Below, one piece after another: positions 1-13,095 of a DNA stretch of 64,000 nt. The DNA is taken from assembly GCA_964016885.1 (NCBI GenBank), contig OZ024740.1, forward strand, positions 279,930,001 through 279,994,000. Reading direction: 5' to 3'. The notes beneath the pieces were generated by a model. The model was not told the origin of the DNA, did not search any database, and was given only the letters and a program-made list of their open reading frames with translations. The position numbers and the translations under genes are program-made. This DNA comes from Eledone cirrhosa (lineage: Eukaryota). How positions within the stretch are numbered: the first letter of the stretch is position 1; the number at the start of each line of letters is the position of its first letter.

Positions 1-2530
1 TCCATGTGCAGACACACATTTGCTGTGTGTGGTGTGATGTTCAAGAAAAGCTGCCCATGCTAAATGCGGAAGCTGAAGTCCACCAGCGAATGGTGTGCTT
101 CGAAGAAACGAATCACAAAAATGCGAATTTGCCGGCGGAGTTACCTTTTCGATCGTGGGCCGGCCGCCTATAGTCAGATCGATCTGTAATTAGTGGTCCA
201 TGTGCAGACACAGATTTGCTGTGTGTGGTGTGATTTTCAAGAAAAACTGCCCATGCTAAATGAGGAAGCTGAAGTCCGGCGTCGAATGGTGTGCTTCGAA
301 GAAAACGAATCACAAAAATGACTATTTACCGGCGGAGTTACCTTTTCGATCGTGGGCCGGCCGCCTGTGGTCGGATCGATCTGTAATTACTGGTCCATGT
401 GCAGACACACATTTGCTGTGTGTGGTGTGATTTTCACGAAACGTTGCCCATGCTAAATGAGGAAGCTGAAGTCCACCAGCGAATGGTGTGCTTCGAAGAA
501 ACGAATCACAAAAATGCGAATTTGCCGGCGGAGTTACCTTTTCGATCGTGGGCCGGCCGCCTGTGGTCGGATCGATCTGTAATTACTGGTATATGTGCAG
601 ACACTCATTGACTGTGTGTGGTGTGATTTTCAAGAAACGCTGCCCATGCTAAATGCGGAAGCTGAAGTCTACCAGCGAATGGTGTGCTTCGAAGAAACGA
701 ATCACAAAAATGCGAATTTGCCGGCGGAGTTACCTTTCCGATCGTGGGCCGGCCGCCCGTGGTCGGACCGATTTGTAATTACTGGTACTTGTGCAGACAC
801 TCATTGCCTGTGTGTGGGGTGATTTTCAAGAAAAACTGCCCATGCTAAATGAGGAAGCTGAAGTCCGGCGGCGAATGGTGTGCTTCGAAGAAAACGAATC
901 ACAAAAATGACTATTTACCGGCGGAGTTACCTTTTCGATCGTGGGCCGGCCGCCTGTGGTCGGATCGATCTGTAATTACTGGTCCATGTGCAGACACACA
1001 TTTGCTCTGTGTGGTGTGATTTTCACGAAACGTCGCCCATGCTAAATGCGGAAGCTGAAGTCCACCAGCGAATGGTGTGCTTCGAAGAAACGAATCACAA
1101 AAATGCGAATTTGCCGGCGGAGTTACCTTTTCGATCGTGGGCCGGCCGCCTGTGGTCGGATCGATCTGTAATTACTGGTATATGTGCAGACACTCATTGA
1201 CTGTGTGTGGTGTGATTTTCAAGAAACGCTGCCCATGCTAAATGCGGAAGCTGAAGTCTACCAGCGAATGGTGTGCTTCGAAGAAACGAATCACAAAAAT
1301 GCGAATTTGCCGGCGGAGTTACCTTTTCGATCGTGGGCCGGCCGCCCGTGGTCGGATCGATCTGTAAATACTGGTATATGTGCAGACACTCATTGCCTGT
1401 GTGTGGTGTGATTTTCAAGAAAAGTTGCCCATGCTAAATGCGGAAGCTGAAGTCCACCAGCGAATGGTGTGCTTCGAAGAAACGAATCACAAAAATGCGA
1501 ATTTGCCGGCGGAGTTACCTTTTCGATCGTGGGCCGGCCGCCTATGGTCGGATCGATATGTAATTACTGGTCCATGTGCAGACACACATTTGCTGTGTGT
1601 GGTGTGATTTTCAAGAAAAGCTGCCCATGCTAAATGCGGAAGCTGAAGTCCACCAGCGAATGCTGTGCTTCGAAGAAACGAATCACAAAAATGCGAATTT
1701 GCCGGCGGAGTTACCTTTTCGATCGTGGGCCGGCCGCCTGTGGTCGGATCGATCTGTAATTACTGGTCCATGTGCAGACACACATTTGCTGTGTGTGGTG
1801 TGATGTTCAAGAAAAGCTGCCCATGCTAAATGCGGAAGCTGAAGTCCACCAGCGAATGGTGTGCTTCGAAGAAACGAATCACAAAAATGCGAATTTGCCG
1901 GCGGAGTTACCTTTTCGATCGTGGGCCGGCCGCCTATAGTCAGATCGATCTGTAATTAGTGGTCCATGTGCAGACACAGATTTGCTGTGTGTGGTGTGAT
2001 TTTCAAGAAAAACTGCCCATGCTAAATGAGGAAGCTGAAGTCCGGCGTCGAATGGTGTGCTTCGAAGAAAACGAATCACAAAAATGACTATTTACCGGCG
2101 GAGTTACCTTTTCGATCGTGGGCCGGCCGCCTGTGGTCGGATCGATCTGTAATTACTGGTCCATGTGCAGACACACATTTGCTGTGTGTGGTGTGATTTT
2201 CACGAAACGTTGCCCATGCTAAATGAGGAAGCTGAAGTCCACCAGCGAATGGTGTGCTTCGAAGAAACGAATCACAAAAATGCGAATTTGCCGGCGGAGT
2301 TACCTTTTCGATCGTGGGCCGGCCGCCTGTGGTCGGATCGATCTGTAATTACTGGTATATGTGCAGACACTCATTGACTGTGTGTGGTGTGATTTTCAAG
2401 AAACGCTGCCCATGCTAAATGCGGAAGCTGAAGTCTACCAGCGAATGGTGTGCTTCGAAGAAACGAATCACAAAAATGCGAATTTGCCGGCGGAGTTACC
2501 TTTCCGATCGTGGGCCGGCCGCCCGTGGTC
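1..2530. repeat. Local HOR, period 1766 bp (9 monomers), about 1.4 copies visible
   Basis: The private variant cluster CCTATAGTCAGATC...AATTAGTGG...CACAGATTTG occurs at about 167-220 and again 1766 bp later. ORF pairs 113/1879, 399/2165, 595/2361. 9x196+2=1766. Confidence 0.85.
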
Positions 2531-2789
2531 GGATCGATCTGTAATTACTGGTATATGTGCAGACACTCATTGGCTGTGTGTGGTGTTATTTTCAAAAAAA
2601 GCTGCCCATGCTAAATGAGGAAGCTGAAGTCCACCAGCGAATGGTGTGCTTCGAAGAAACGAATCACAAAAATGCGAATTTGCCGGCGGAGTTACCTTTT
2701 CGATCGTGGCCGGCCGCCCGTGGTCGGATCGATTTGTAATTACTGGTGCATGTGCAGACACTCATCGCCGGTGTGTGGTGTGATTTTCA

Positions 2790-5700
2790 AGAAAAACTGC
2801 CCATGCTAAATGAGGAAGCTGAAGTCCGGCGGCGAATGGTGTGCTTCGAAGAAAACGAATCACAAAAATGACTATTTACCGGCGGAGTTACCTTTTCGAT
2901 CGTGGGCCGGCCGCCTGTGGTCGGATCGATCTGTAATTACTGGTCCATGTGCAGACACACATTTGCTCTGTGTGGTGTGATTTTCACGAAACGTTGCCCA
3001 TGCTAAATGCGGAAGCTGAAGTCCACCAGCGAATGGTGTGCTTCGAAGAAACGAATCACAAAAATGCGAATTTGCTGGCGGAGTTACCTTTTCGATCGTG
3101 GGCCGGCCGCCTATGGTCGGATCGATCTGTAATTACTGGTCCATGTGCAGACACACATTTGCTGTGTGTGGTGTGATTTTCAAGAAAAGCTGCCCATGCT
3201 AAATGCGGAAGCTGAAGTCTACCCACGAATGGTGTGCTTCGAAGAAACGAATCACAAAAATGCGAATTTGCCGGCGGAGTTACCTTTTCGATCGTGGGCC
3301 GGCCGCCTGTGGTCCGATCGATCTGTAATTACTGGTATATGTGCAGACACTCATTGGCTGTGTGTGGTGTGATTTTCAAGAAAAGCTGCCCATGCTAAAT
3401 GAGGAAGCTGAAGTCCACCAGCGAATGGTGTGCTTCGAAGAAACGAATCACAAAAATGCGAATTTGCCGGCGGAGTTACCTTTTCGATCGTGGGCCGGCC
3501 GCCCGTGGTCGGATCGATCTGTAATTACTGGTATATGTGCAGACACTCATTAGCTGTGTGTGGTGTGATGTTCAAGAAAAGCTGCCCATGCTAAATGCGG
3601 AAGCTGAAGTCCACCAGCGAATGGTGTGCTTCGAAGAAACGAATCACAAAAATGCGAATTTGCCGGCGGAGTTACCTTTTCGATCGTGGCCGGCCGCCCG
3701 TGGTCGGATCGATTTGTAATTACTGGTACATGTGCAGACACTCATTGCCTGTGTGTGGTGTGATTTTCAAGAAAAGTTGCCCATGCTAAATGCGGAAGCT
3801 GAAGTCCACCAGCGAATGGTGTGCTTCGAAGAAACGAATCACAAAAATGCGAATTTGCCGGCGGAGTTACCTTTTCGATCGTGGGCCGGCCGCCCGTGGT
3901 CGGATCGATCTGTAATTACTGGTATATGTGCAGACACTCATTGGCTGTGTGTGGTGTGATGTTCAAGAAAAGCTGCCCATGCTAAATGCGGAAGCTGAAG
4001 TCCACCAGCGAATGGTGTGCTTCGAAGAAACGAATCACAAAAATGCGAATTTGCCGGCGGAGTTACCTTTTCGATCGTGGGCCGGCCGCCCGTGGTCGGA
4101 TCGATCTGTAATTACTGGTATATGTGCAGACACTCATTGGCTGTGTGTGGTGTGATTTTCAAGAAAAGCTGCCCATGCTAAATGAGGAAGCTGAAGTCCA
4201 CCAGCGAATGGTGTGCTTCGAAGAAACGAATCACAAAAATGCGAATTTGCCGGCGGAGTTACATTTTCGATCGTGGCCGGCCGCCCGTGGTCGGACCGAT
4301 TTGTAATTACTGGTACTTGTGCAGACACTCATTGCCTGTGTGTGGGGTGATTTTCAAGAAAAACTGCCCATGCTAAATGAGGAAGCTGAAGTCCGGCGGC
4401 GAATGGTGTGCTTCGAAGAAAACGAATCACAAAAATGACTATTTACCGGCGGAGTTACCTTTTCGATCGTGGGCCGGCCGCCTGTGGTCGGATCGATCTG
4501 TAATTACTGGTCCATGTGCAGACACACATTTGCTCTGTGTGGTGTGATTTTCACGAAACGTTGCCCATGCTAAATGCGGAAGCTGAAGTCCACCAGCGAA
4601 TGGTGTGCTTCGAAGAAACGAATCACAAAAATGCGAATTTGCTGGCGGAGTTACCTTTTCGATCGTGGGCCGGCCGCCTATGGTCGGATCGATCTGTAAT
4701 TACTGGTCCATGTGCAGACACACATTTGCTGTGTGTGGTGTGATTTTCAAGAAAAGCTGCCCATGCTAAATGCGGAAGCTGAAGTCTACCCACGAATGGT
4801 GTGCTTCGAAGAAACGAATCACAAAAATGCGAATTTGCCGGCGGAGTTACCTTTTCGATCGTGGGCCGGCCGCCTGTGGTCCGATCGATCTGTAATTACT
4901 GGTATATGTGCAGACACTCATTGGCTGTGTGTGGTGTGATTTTCAAGAAAAGCTGCCCATGCTAAATGAGGAAGCTGAAGTCCACCAGCGAATGGTGTGC
5001 TTCGAAGAAACGAATCACAAAAATGCGAATTTGCCGGCGGAGTTACCTTTTCGATCGTGGGCCGGCCGCCCGTGGTCGGATCGATCTGTAATTACTGGTA
5101 TATGTGCAGACACTCATTAGCTGTGTGTGGTGTGATGTTCAAGAAAAGCTGCCCATGCTAAATGCGGAAGCTGAAGTCCACCAGCGAATGGTGTGCTTCG
5201 AAGAAACGAATCACAAAAATGCGAATTTGCCGGCGGAGTTACCTTTTCGATCGTGGCCGGCCGCCCGTGGTCGGATCGATTTGTAATTACTGGTACATGT
5301 GCAGACACTCATTGCCTGTGTGTGGTGTGATTTTCAAGAAAAGTTGCCCATGCTAAATGCGGAAGCTGAAGTCCACCAGCGAATGGTGTGCTTCGAAGAA
5401 ACGAATCACAAAAATGCGAATTTGCCGGCGGAGTTACCTTTTCGATCGTGGGCCGGCCGCCCGTGGTCGGATCGATCTGTAATTACTGGTATATGTGCAG
5501 ACACTCATTGGCTGTGTGTGGTGTGATGTTCAAGAAAAGCTGCCCATGCTAAATGCGGAAGCTGAAGTCCACCAGCGAATGGTGTGCTTCGAAGAAACGA
5601 ATCACAAAAATGCGAATTTGCCGGCGGAGTTACCTTTTCGATCGTGGGCCGGCCGCCCGTGGTCGGATCGATCTGTAATTACTGGTATATGTGCAGACAC

Positions 5701-6120
5701 TCATTGGCTGTGTGTGGTGTGATTTTCAAGAAAAGTTGCCCATGCTAAATGCGGAAGCTGAAGTCCACCAGCGAATGGTGTGCTTCGAAGAAACGAATCA
5801 CAAAAATGCGAATTTGCCGGCGGAGTTACATTTTCGATCGTGGCCGGCCGCCCGTGGTCGGACCGATTTGTAATTACTGGTACTTGTGCAGACACTCATT
5901 GCCTGTGTGTGGGGTGATTTTCAAGAAAAACTGCCCATGCTAAATGAGGAAGCTGAAGTCCGGCGGCGAATGGTGTGCTTCGAAGAAAACGAATCACAAA
6001 AATGACTATTTACCGGCGGAGTTACCTTTTCGATCGTGGGCCGGCCGCCTGTGGTCGGATCGATCTGTAATTACTGGTCCATGTGCAGACACACATTTGC
6101 TCTGTGTGGTGTGATTTTCA
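2790..6120. repeat. Local HOR, period 1567 bp (8 monomers), about 2 copies
   Basis: ORF pairs 2949/4516, 3145/4712, 3537/5104, 4124/5691. Private variants TTGCTGGCG, TCTACCCACG, GTCCGATCG and GTTACATTTT each occur twice at a 1567-bp offset. Confidence 0.92.
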
Positions 6121-6699
6121 CGAAACGTCGCCCATGCTAAATGCGGAAGCTGAAGTCCACCAGCGAATGGTGTGCTTCGAAGAAACGAATCACAAAAATG
6201 CGAATTTGCCGGCGGAGTTACCTTTTCGATCGTGGGCCGGCCGCCTGTGGTCGGATCGATCTGTAATTACTGGTATATGTGCAGACACTCATTGACTGTG
6301 TGTGGTGTGATTTTCAAGAAACGCTGCCCATGCTAAATGCGGAAGCTGAAGTCTACCAGCGAATGGTGTGCTTCGAAGAAACGAATCACAAAAATGCGAA
6401 TTTGCCGGCGGAGTTACCTTTTCGATCGTGGGCCGGCCGCCCGTGGTCGGATCGATCTGTAAATACTGGTATATGTGCAGACACTCATTGCCTGTGTGTG
6501 GTGTGATTTTCAAGAAAAGTTGCCCATGCTAAATGCGGAAGCTGAAGTCCACCAGCGAATGGTGTGCTTCGAAGAAACGAATCACAAAAATGCGAATTTG
6601 CCGGCGGAGTTACCTTTTCGATCGTGGGCCGGCCGCCTATGGTCGGATCGATCTGTAATTACTGGTCCATGTGCAGACACACATTTGCTGTGTGTGGTG

Positions 6700-9600
6700 T
6701 GATTTTCAAGAAAAGCTGCCCATGCTAAATGCGGAAGCTGAAGTCCACCAGCGAATGGTGTGCTTCGAAGAAACGAATCACAAAAATGCGAATTTGCCGG
6801 CGGAGTTACCTTTTCGATCGTGGGCCGGCCGCCTGTGGTCGGATCGATCTGTAATTACTGGTCCATGTGCAGACACACATTTGCTGTGTGTGGTGTGATT
6901 TTCAAGAAACGCTGCCCATGCTAAATGCGGAAGCTGAAGTCCACCAGCGAATGGTGTGCTTCGAAGAAACGAATCACAAAAATGCGAATTTGCCGGCGGA
7001 GTTACCTTTTCGATCGTGAGCCGGCCGCCCGTGGTCGGATCGATCTGTAATTACTGGTATATGTGCAGACACTCATTGGCTGTGTGTGGTGTGATGTTCA
7101 AGAAAAGCTGCCCATGCTAAATGCGGAAGCTGAAGTCCACCAGCGAATGGTGTGCTTCGAAGAAACGAATCACAAAAATGCGAATTTGCCGGCGGAGTTA
7201 CCTTTTCGATCGTGGCCGGCCGCCCGTGGTCGGATCGATTTGTAATTACTGGTACATGTGCAGACACTCATTGCCTGTGTGTGGTGTGATTTTCAAGAAA
7301 AGTTGCCCATGCTAAATGCGGAAGCGGAAGTCCACCAGCGAATGGTGTGCTTCGAAGAAACGAATCACAAAAATGCGAATTTGCCGGCGGAGTTACCTTT
7401 TCGATGGTGGGCCGGCCGCCCGTGGTCGGATCGATCTGTAATTACTGGTCCATGTGCAGACACACATTTGCTGTGTGTGGTGTGATTTTCAAGAAAAGCT
7501 GCCCATGCTAAATGCGGAAGCTGAAGTCCACCAGCGAATGGTGTGCTTCGAAGAAACGAATCACAAAAATGCGAATTTGCCGGCGGAGTTACCTTTTCGA
7601 TCGTAGGCCGGCCGCCTGTGGTCGGATCGATCTGTAATTACTGGTATATGTGCAGACACTCATTGACTGTGTGTGGTGTGATTTTCAAGAAAAGCTGCCC
7701 ATGCTAAATGCGGAAGCTGAAGTCCACCAGCGAATGGTGTGCTTCGAAGAAACGAATCACAAAAATGCGAATTTGCCGGCGGAGTTACCTTTTCGATCGT
7801 GGGCCGGTCGCCTATGGTCGCATCGATCTGTAATTACTGGTCCATGTGCAGACACACATTTGCCGTGTGTGGGGTGATTTTCAAGAAAAGCTGCCCATGC
7901 TAAATGCGGAAGCTGAAGTCCACCAGCGAATGGTGTGCTTCGAAGAAACGAATCACAAAAATGCGAATTTGCCGGCGGAGTTACCTTTTCGATCGTGGGC
8001 CGGCCGCCTGTGGTCGGATCGATCTGTAATTACTGGTCCATGTGCAGACACACATTTGCTGTGTGTGGTGTGATTTTCAAGAAACGCTGCCCATGCTAAA
8101 TGCGGAAGCTGAAGTCCACCAGCGAATGGTGTGCTTCGAAGAAACGAATCACAAAAATGCGAATTTGCCGGCGGAGTTACCTTTTCGATCGTGAGCCGGC
8201 CGCCCGTGGTCGGATCGATCTGTAATTACTGGTATATGTGCAGACACTCATTGGCTGTGTGTGGTGTGATGTTCAAGAAAAGCTGCCCATGCTAAATGCG
8301 GAAGCTGAAGTCCACCAGCGAATGGTGTGCTTCGAAGAAACGAATCACAAAAATGCGAATTTGCCGGCGGAGTTACCTTTTCGATCGTGGCCGGCCGCCC
8401 GTGGTCGGATCGATTTGTAATTACTGGTACATGTGCAGACACTCATTGCCTGTGTGTGGTGAGATTTTCAAGAAAAGTTGCCCATGCTAAATGCGGAAGC
8501 GGAAGTCCACCAGCGAATGGTGTGCTTCGAAGAAACGAATCACAAAAATGCGAATTTGCCGGCGGAGTTACCTTTTCGATGGTGGGCCGGCCGCCCGTGG
8601 TCGGATCGATCTGTAATTACTGGTCCATGTGCAGACACACATTTGCTGTGTGTGGTGTGATTTTCAAGAAAAGCTGCCCATGCTAAATGCGGAAGCTGAA
8701 GTCCACCAGCGAATGGTGTGCTTCGAAGAAACGAATCACAAAAATGCGAATTTGCCGGCGGAGTTACCTTTTCGATCGTGGGCCGGCCGCCTGTGGTCGG
8801 ATCGATCTGTAATTACTGGTATATGTGCAGACACTCATTGACTGTGTGTGGTGTGATTTTCAAGAAAAGCTGCCCATGCTAAATGCGGAAGCTGAAGTCC
8901 ACCAGCGAATGGTGTGCTTCGAAGAAACGAATCACAAAAATGCGAATTTGCCGGCGGAGTTACCTTTTCGATCGTAGGCCGGCCGCCTGTGGTCGGATCG
9001 ATCTGTAATTACTGGTATATGTGCAGACACTCATTGACTGTGTGTGGTGTGATTTTCAAGAAAAGCTGCCCATGCTAAATGCGGAAGCTGAAGTCCACCA
9101 GCGAATGGTGTGCTTCGAAGAAACGAATCACAAAAATGCGAATTTGCCGGCGGAGTTACCTTTTCGATCGTGGGCCGGTCGCCTATGGTCGCATCGATCT
9201 GTAATTACTGGTCCATGTGCAGACACACATTTGCCGTGTGTGGGGTGATTTTCAAGAAAAGCTGCCCATGCTAAATGCGGAAGCTGAAGTCCACCAGCGA
9301 ATGGTGTGCTTCGAAGAAACGAATCACAAAAATGCGAATTTGCCGGCGGAGTTACCTTTTCGATCGTGGGCCGGCCGCCTGTGGTCGGATCGATCTGTAA
9401 TTACTGGTCCATGTGCAGACACACATTTGCTGTGTGTGGTGTGATTTTCAAGAAACGCTGCCCATGCTAAATGCGGAAGCTGAAGTCCACCAGCGAATGG
9501 TGTGCTTCGAAGAAACGAATCACAAAAATGCGAATTTGCCGGCGGAGTTACCTTTTCGATGGTGGGCCGGCCGCCCGTGGTCGGATCGATCTGTAATTAC

Positions 9601-12600
9601 TGGTCCATGTGCAGACACACATTTGCTGTGTGTGGTGTGATTTTCAAGAAAAGCTGCCCATGCTAAATGCGGAAGCTGAAGTCCACCAGCGAATGGTGTG
9701 CTTCGAAGAAACGAATCACAAAAATGCGAATTTGCCGGCGGAGTTACCTTTTCGATCGTGGGCCGGCCGCCTGTGGTCGGATCGATCTGTAATTACTGGT
9801 ATATGTGCAGACACTCATTGACTGTGTGTGGTGTGATTTTCAAGAAAAGCTGCCCATGCTAAATGCGGAAGCTGAAGTCCACCAGCGAATGGTGTGCTTC
9901 GAAGAAACGAATCACAAAAATGCGAATTTGCCGGCGGAGTTACCTTTTCGATCGTGGGCCGGCCGCCTGTGGTCGGATCGATCTGTAATTACTGGTCCAT
10001 GTGCAGACACACATTTGCTGTGTGTGGTGTGATTTTCAAGAAACGCTGCCCATGCTAAATGCGGAAGCTGAAGTCCACCAGCGAATGGTGTGCTTCGAAG
10101 AAACGAATCACAAAAATGCGAATTTGCCGGCGGAGTTACCTTTTCGATCGTGAGCCGGCCGCCCGTGGTCGGATCGATCTGTAATTACTGGTATATGTGC
10201 AGACACTCATTGGCTGTGTGTGGTGTGATGTTCAAGAAAAGCTGCCCATGCTAAATGCGGAAGCTGAAGTCCACCAGCGAATGGTGTGCTTCGAAGAAAC
10301 GAATCACAAAAATGCGAATTTGCCGGCGGAGTTACCTTTTCAATCGTGGCCGGCCGCCCGTGGTCGGATCGATTTGTAATTACTGGTACATGTGCAGACA
10401 CTCATTGCCTGTGTGTGGTGTGATTTTCAAGAAAAGTTGCCCATGCTAAATGCGGAAGCGGAAGTCCACCAGCGAATGGTGTGCTTCGAAGAAACGAATC
10501 ACAAAAATGCGAATTTGCCGGCGGAGTTACCTTTTCGATGGTGGGCCGGCCGCCCGTGGTCGGATCGATCTGTAATTACTGGTCCATGTGCAGACACACA
10601 TTTGCTGTGTGTGGTGTGATTTTCAAGAAAAGCTGCCCATGCTAAATGCGGAAGCTGAAGTCCACCAGCGAATGGTGTGCTTCGAAGAAACGAATCACAA
10701 AAATGCGAATTTGCCGGCGGAGTTACCTTTTCGATCGTAGGCCGGCCGCCTGTGGTCGGATCGATCTGTAATTACTGGTATATGTGCAGACACTCATTGA
10801 CTGTGTGTGGTGTGATTTTCAAGAAAAGCTGCCCATGCTAAATGCGGAAGCTGAAGTCCACCAGCGAATGGTGTGCTTCGAAGAAACGAATCACAAAAAT
10901 GCGAATTTGCCGGCGGAGTTACCTTTTCGATCGTGGGCCGGTCGCCTATGGTCGCATCGATCTGTAATTACTGGTCCATGTGCAGACACACATTTGCCGT
11001 GTGTGGGGTGATTTTCAAGAAAAGCTGCCCATGCTAAATGCGGAAGCTGAAGTCCACCAGCGAATGGTGTGCTTCGAAGAAACGAATCACAAAAATGCGA
11101 ATTTGCCGGCGGAGTTACCTTTTCGATCGTGGGCCGGCCGCCTGTGGTCGGATCGATCTGTAATTACTGGTCCATGTGCAGACACACATTTGCTGTGTGT
11201 GGTGTGATTTTCAAGAAACGCTGCCCATGCTAAATGCGGAAGCTGAAGTCCACCAGCGAATGGTGTGCTTCGAAGAAACGAATCACAAAAATGCGAATTT
11301 GCCGGCGGAGTTACCTTTTCGATCGTGAGCCGGCCGCCCGTGGTCGGATCGATCTGTAATTACTGGTATATGTGCAGACACTCATTGGCTGTGTGTGGTG
11401 TGATGTTCAAGAAAAGCTGCCCATGCTAAATGCGGAAGCTGAAGTCCACCAGCGAATGGTGTGCTTCGAAGAAACGAATCACAAAAATGCGAATTTGCCG
11501 GCGGAGTTACCTTTTCGATCGTGGCCGGCCGCCCGTGGTCGGATCGATTTGTAATTACTGGTACATGTGCAGACACTCATTGCCTGTGTGTGGTGTGATT
11601 TTCAAGAAAAGTTGCCCATGCTAAATGCGGAAGCGGAAGTCCACCAGCGAATGGTGTGCTTCGAAGAAACGAATCACAAAAATGCGAATTTGCCGGCGGA
11701 GTTACCTTTTCGATGGTGGGCCGGCCGCCCGTGGTCGGATCGATCTGTAATTACTGGTCCATGTGCAGACACACATTTGCTGTGTGTGGTGTGATTTTCA
11801 AGAAAAGCTGCCCATGCTAAATGCGGAAGCTGAAGTCCACCAGCGAATGGTGTGCTTCGAAGAAACGAATCACAAAAATGCGAATTTGCCGGCGGAGTTA
11901 CCTTTTCGATCGTGGGCCGGCCGCCTGTGGTCGGATCGATCTGTAATTACTGGTATATGTGCAGACACTCATTGACTGTGTGTGGTGTGATTTTCAAGAA
12001 AAGCTGCCCATGCTAAATGCGGAAGCTGAAGTCCACCAGCGAATGGTGTGCTTCGAAGAAACGAATCACAAAAATGCGAATTTGCCGGCGGAGTTACCTT
12101 TTCGATCGTAGGCCGGCCGCCTGTGGTCGGATCGATCTGTAATTACTGGTATATGTGCAGACACTCATTGACTGTGTGTGGTGTGATTTTCAAGAAAAGC
12201 TGCCCATGCTAAATGCGGAAGCTGAAGTCCACCAGCGAATGGTGTGCTTCGAAGAAACGAATCACAAAAATGCGAATTTGCCGGCGGAGTTACCTTTTCG
12301 ATCGTGGGCCGGTCGCCTATGGTCGCATCGATCTGTAATTACTGGTCCATGTGCAGACACACATTTGCCGTGTGTGGGGTGATTTTCAAGAAAAGCTGCC
12401 CATGCTAAATGCGGAAGCTGAAGTCCACCAGCGAATGGTGTGCTTCGAAGAAACGAATCACAAAAATGCGAATTTGCCGGCGGAGTTACCTTTTCGATCG
12501 TGGGCCGGCCGCCTGTGGTCGGATCGATCTGTAATTACTGGTCCATGTGCAGACACACATTTGCTGTGTGTGGTGTGATTTTCAAGAAACGCTGCCCATG

Positions 12601-13095
12601 CTAAATGCGGAAGCTGAAGTCCACCAGCGAATGGTGTGCTTCGAAGAAACGAATCACAAAAATGCGAATTTGCCGGCGGAGTTACCTTTTCGATGGTGGG
12701 CCGGCCGCCCGTGGTCGGATCGATCTGTAATTACTGGTCCATGTGCAGACACACATTTGCTGTGTGTGGTGTGATTTTCAAGAAAAGCTGCCCATGCTAA
12801 ATGCGGAAGCTGAAGTCCACCAGCGAATGGTGTGCTTCGAAGAAACGAATCACAAAAATGCGAATTTGCCGGCGGAGTTACCTTTTCGATCGTGGGCCGG
12901 CCGCCTGTGGTCGGATCGATCTGTAATTACTGGTATATGTGCAGACACTCATTGACTGTGTGTGGTGTGATTTTCAAGAAAAGCTGCCCATGCTAAATGC
13001 GGAAGCTGAAGTCCACCAGCGAATGGTGTGCTTCGAAGAAACGAATCACAAAAATGCGAATTTGCCGGCGGAGTTACCTTTTCGATCGTGGGCCG
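6700..13095. repeat. Local HOR, period 3134 bp (16 monomers), about 2 copies, with internal 6-mer (1175 bp) and 7-mer (1371 bp) sub-repeats
   Basis: ORF pairs 7063/10197, 7650/10784, 8238/11372, 9021/12155, 9805/12939. Markers GAAGCGGAAG, CGTAGGCC and GGTCGCCTATGGTCGC recur in register. Confidence 0.9.

Noticed and set aside
73-113. Hammerhead ribozyme as in newt, schistosome or cricket satellites (CTGAAG...stem...GAAAC)
   Set aside because: The core reads CTGAAGT, not CTGANGA. GAAA does not directly follow the stem, I could not build stems I and III, and B lacks the CTGA altogether. An Infernal search would settle it.
100-150. Phased A-tracts suggesting intrinsic DNA curvature
   Set aside because: Only about three short A/T tracts (near 106, 117 and 127) are at 10-11 bp spacing and the phasing is not sustained over the monomer. 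This is too weak to claim without a curvature calculation.
1-196. tRNA, 5S rRNA, SINE or spliced-leader tandem gene unit
   Set aside because: I could not recognise a cloverleaf, a proper Pol III B box (GTTCRANNC), or 5S, snRNA or spliced-leader sequence on either strand.
1-196. Identity with a known satellite of similar size (e.g. Trypanosoma cruzi 195-bp satellite, alpha satellite, plant CEN repeats)
   Set aside because: Only the length is similar. I recognise no sequence match, so no family name or taxon is assigned.
2949-13095. The 3134-bp period being exactly twice the 1567-bp period
   Set aside because: The two HORs have different monomer variants and order. The relation follows from 8 vs 16 monomers of about 196 bp.
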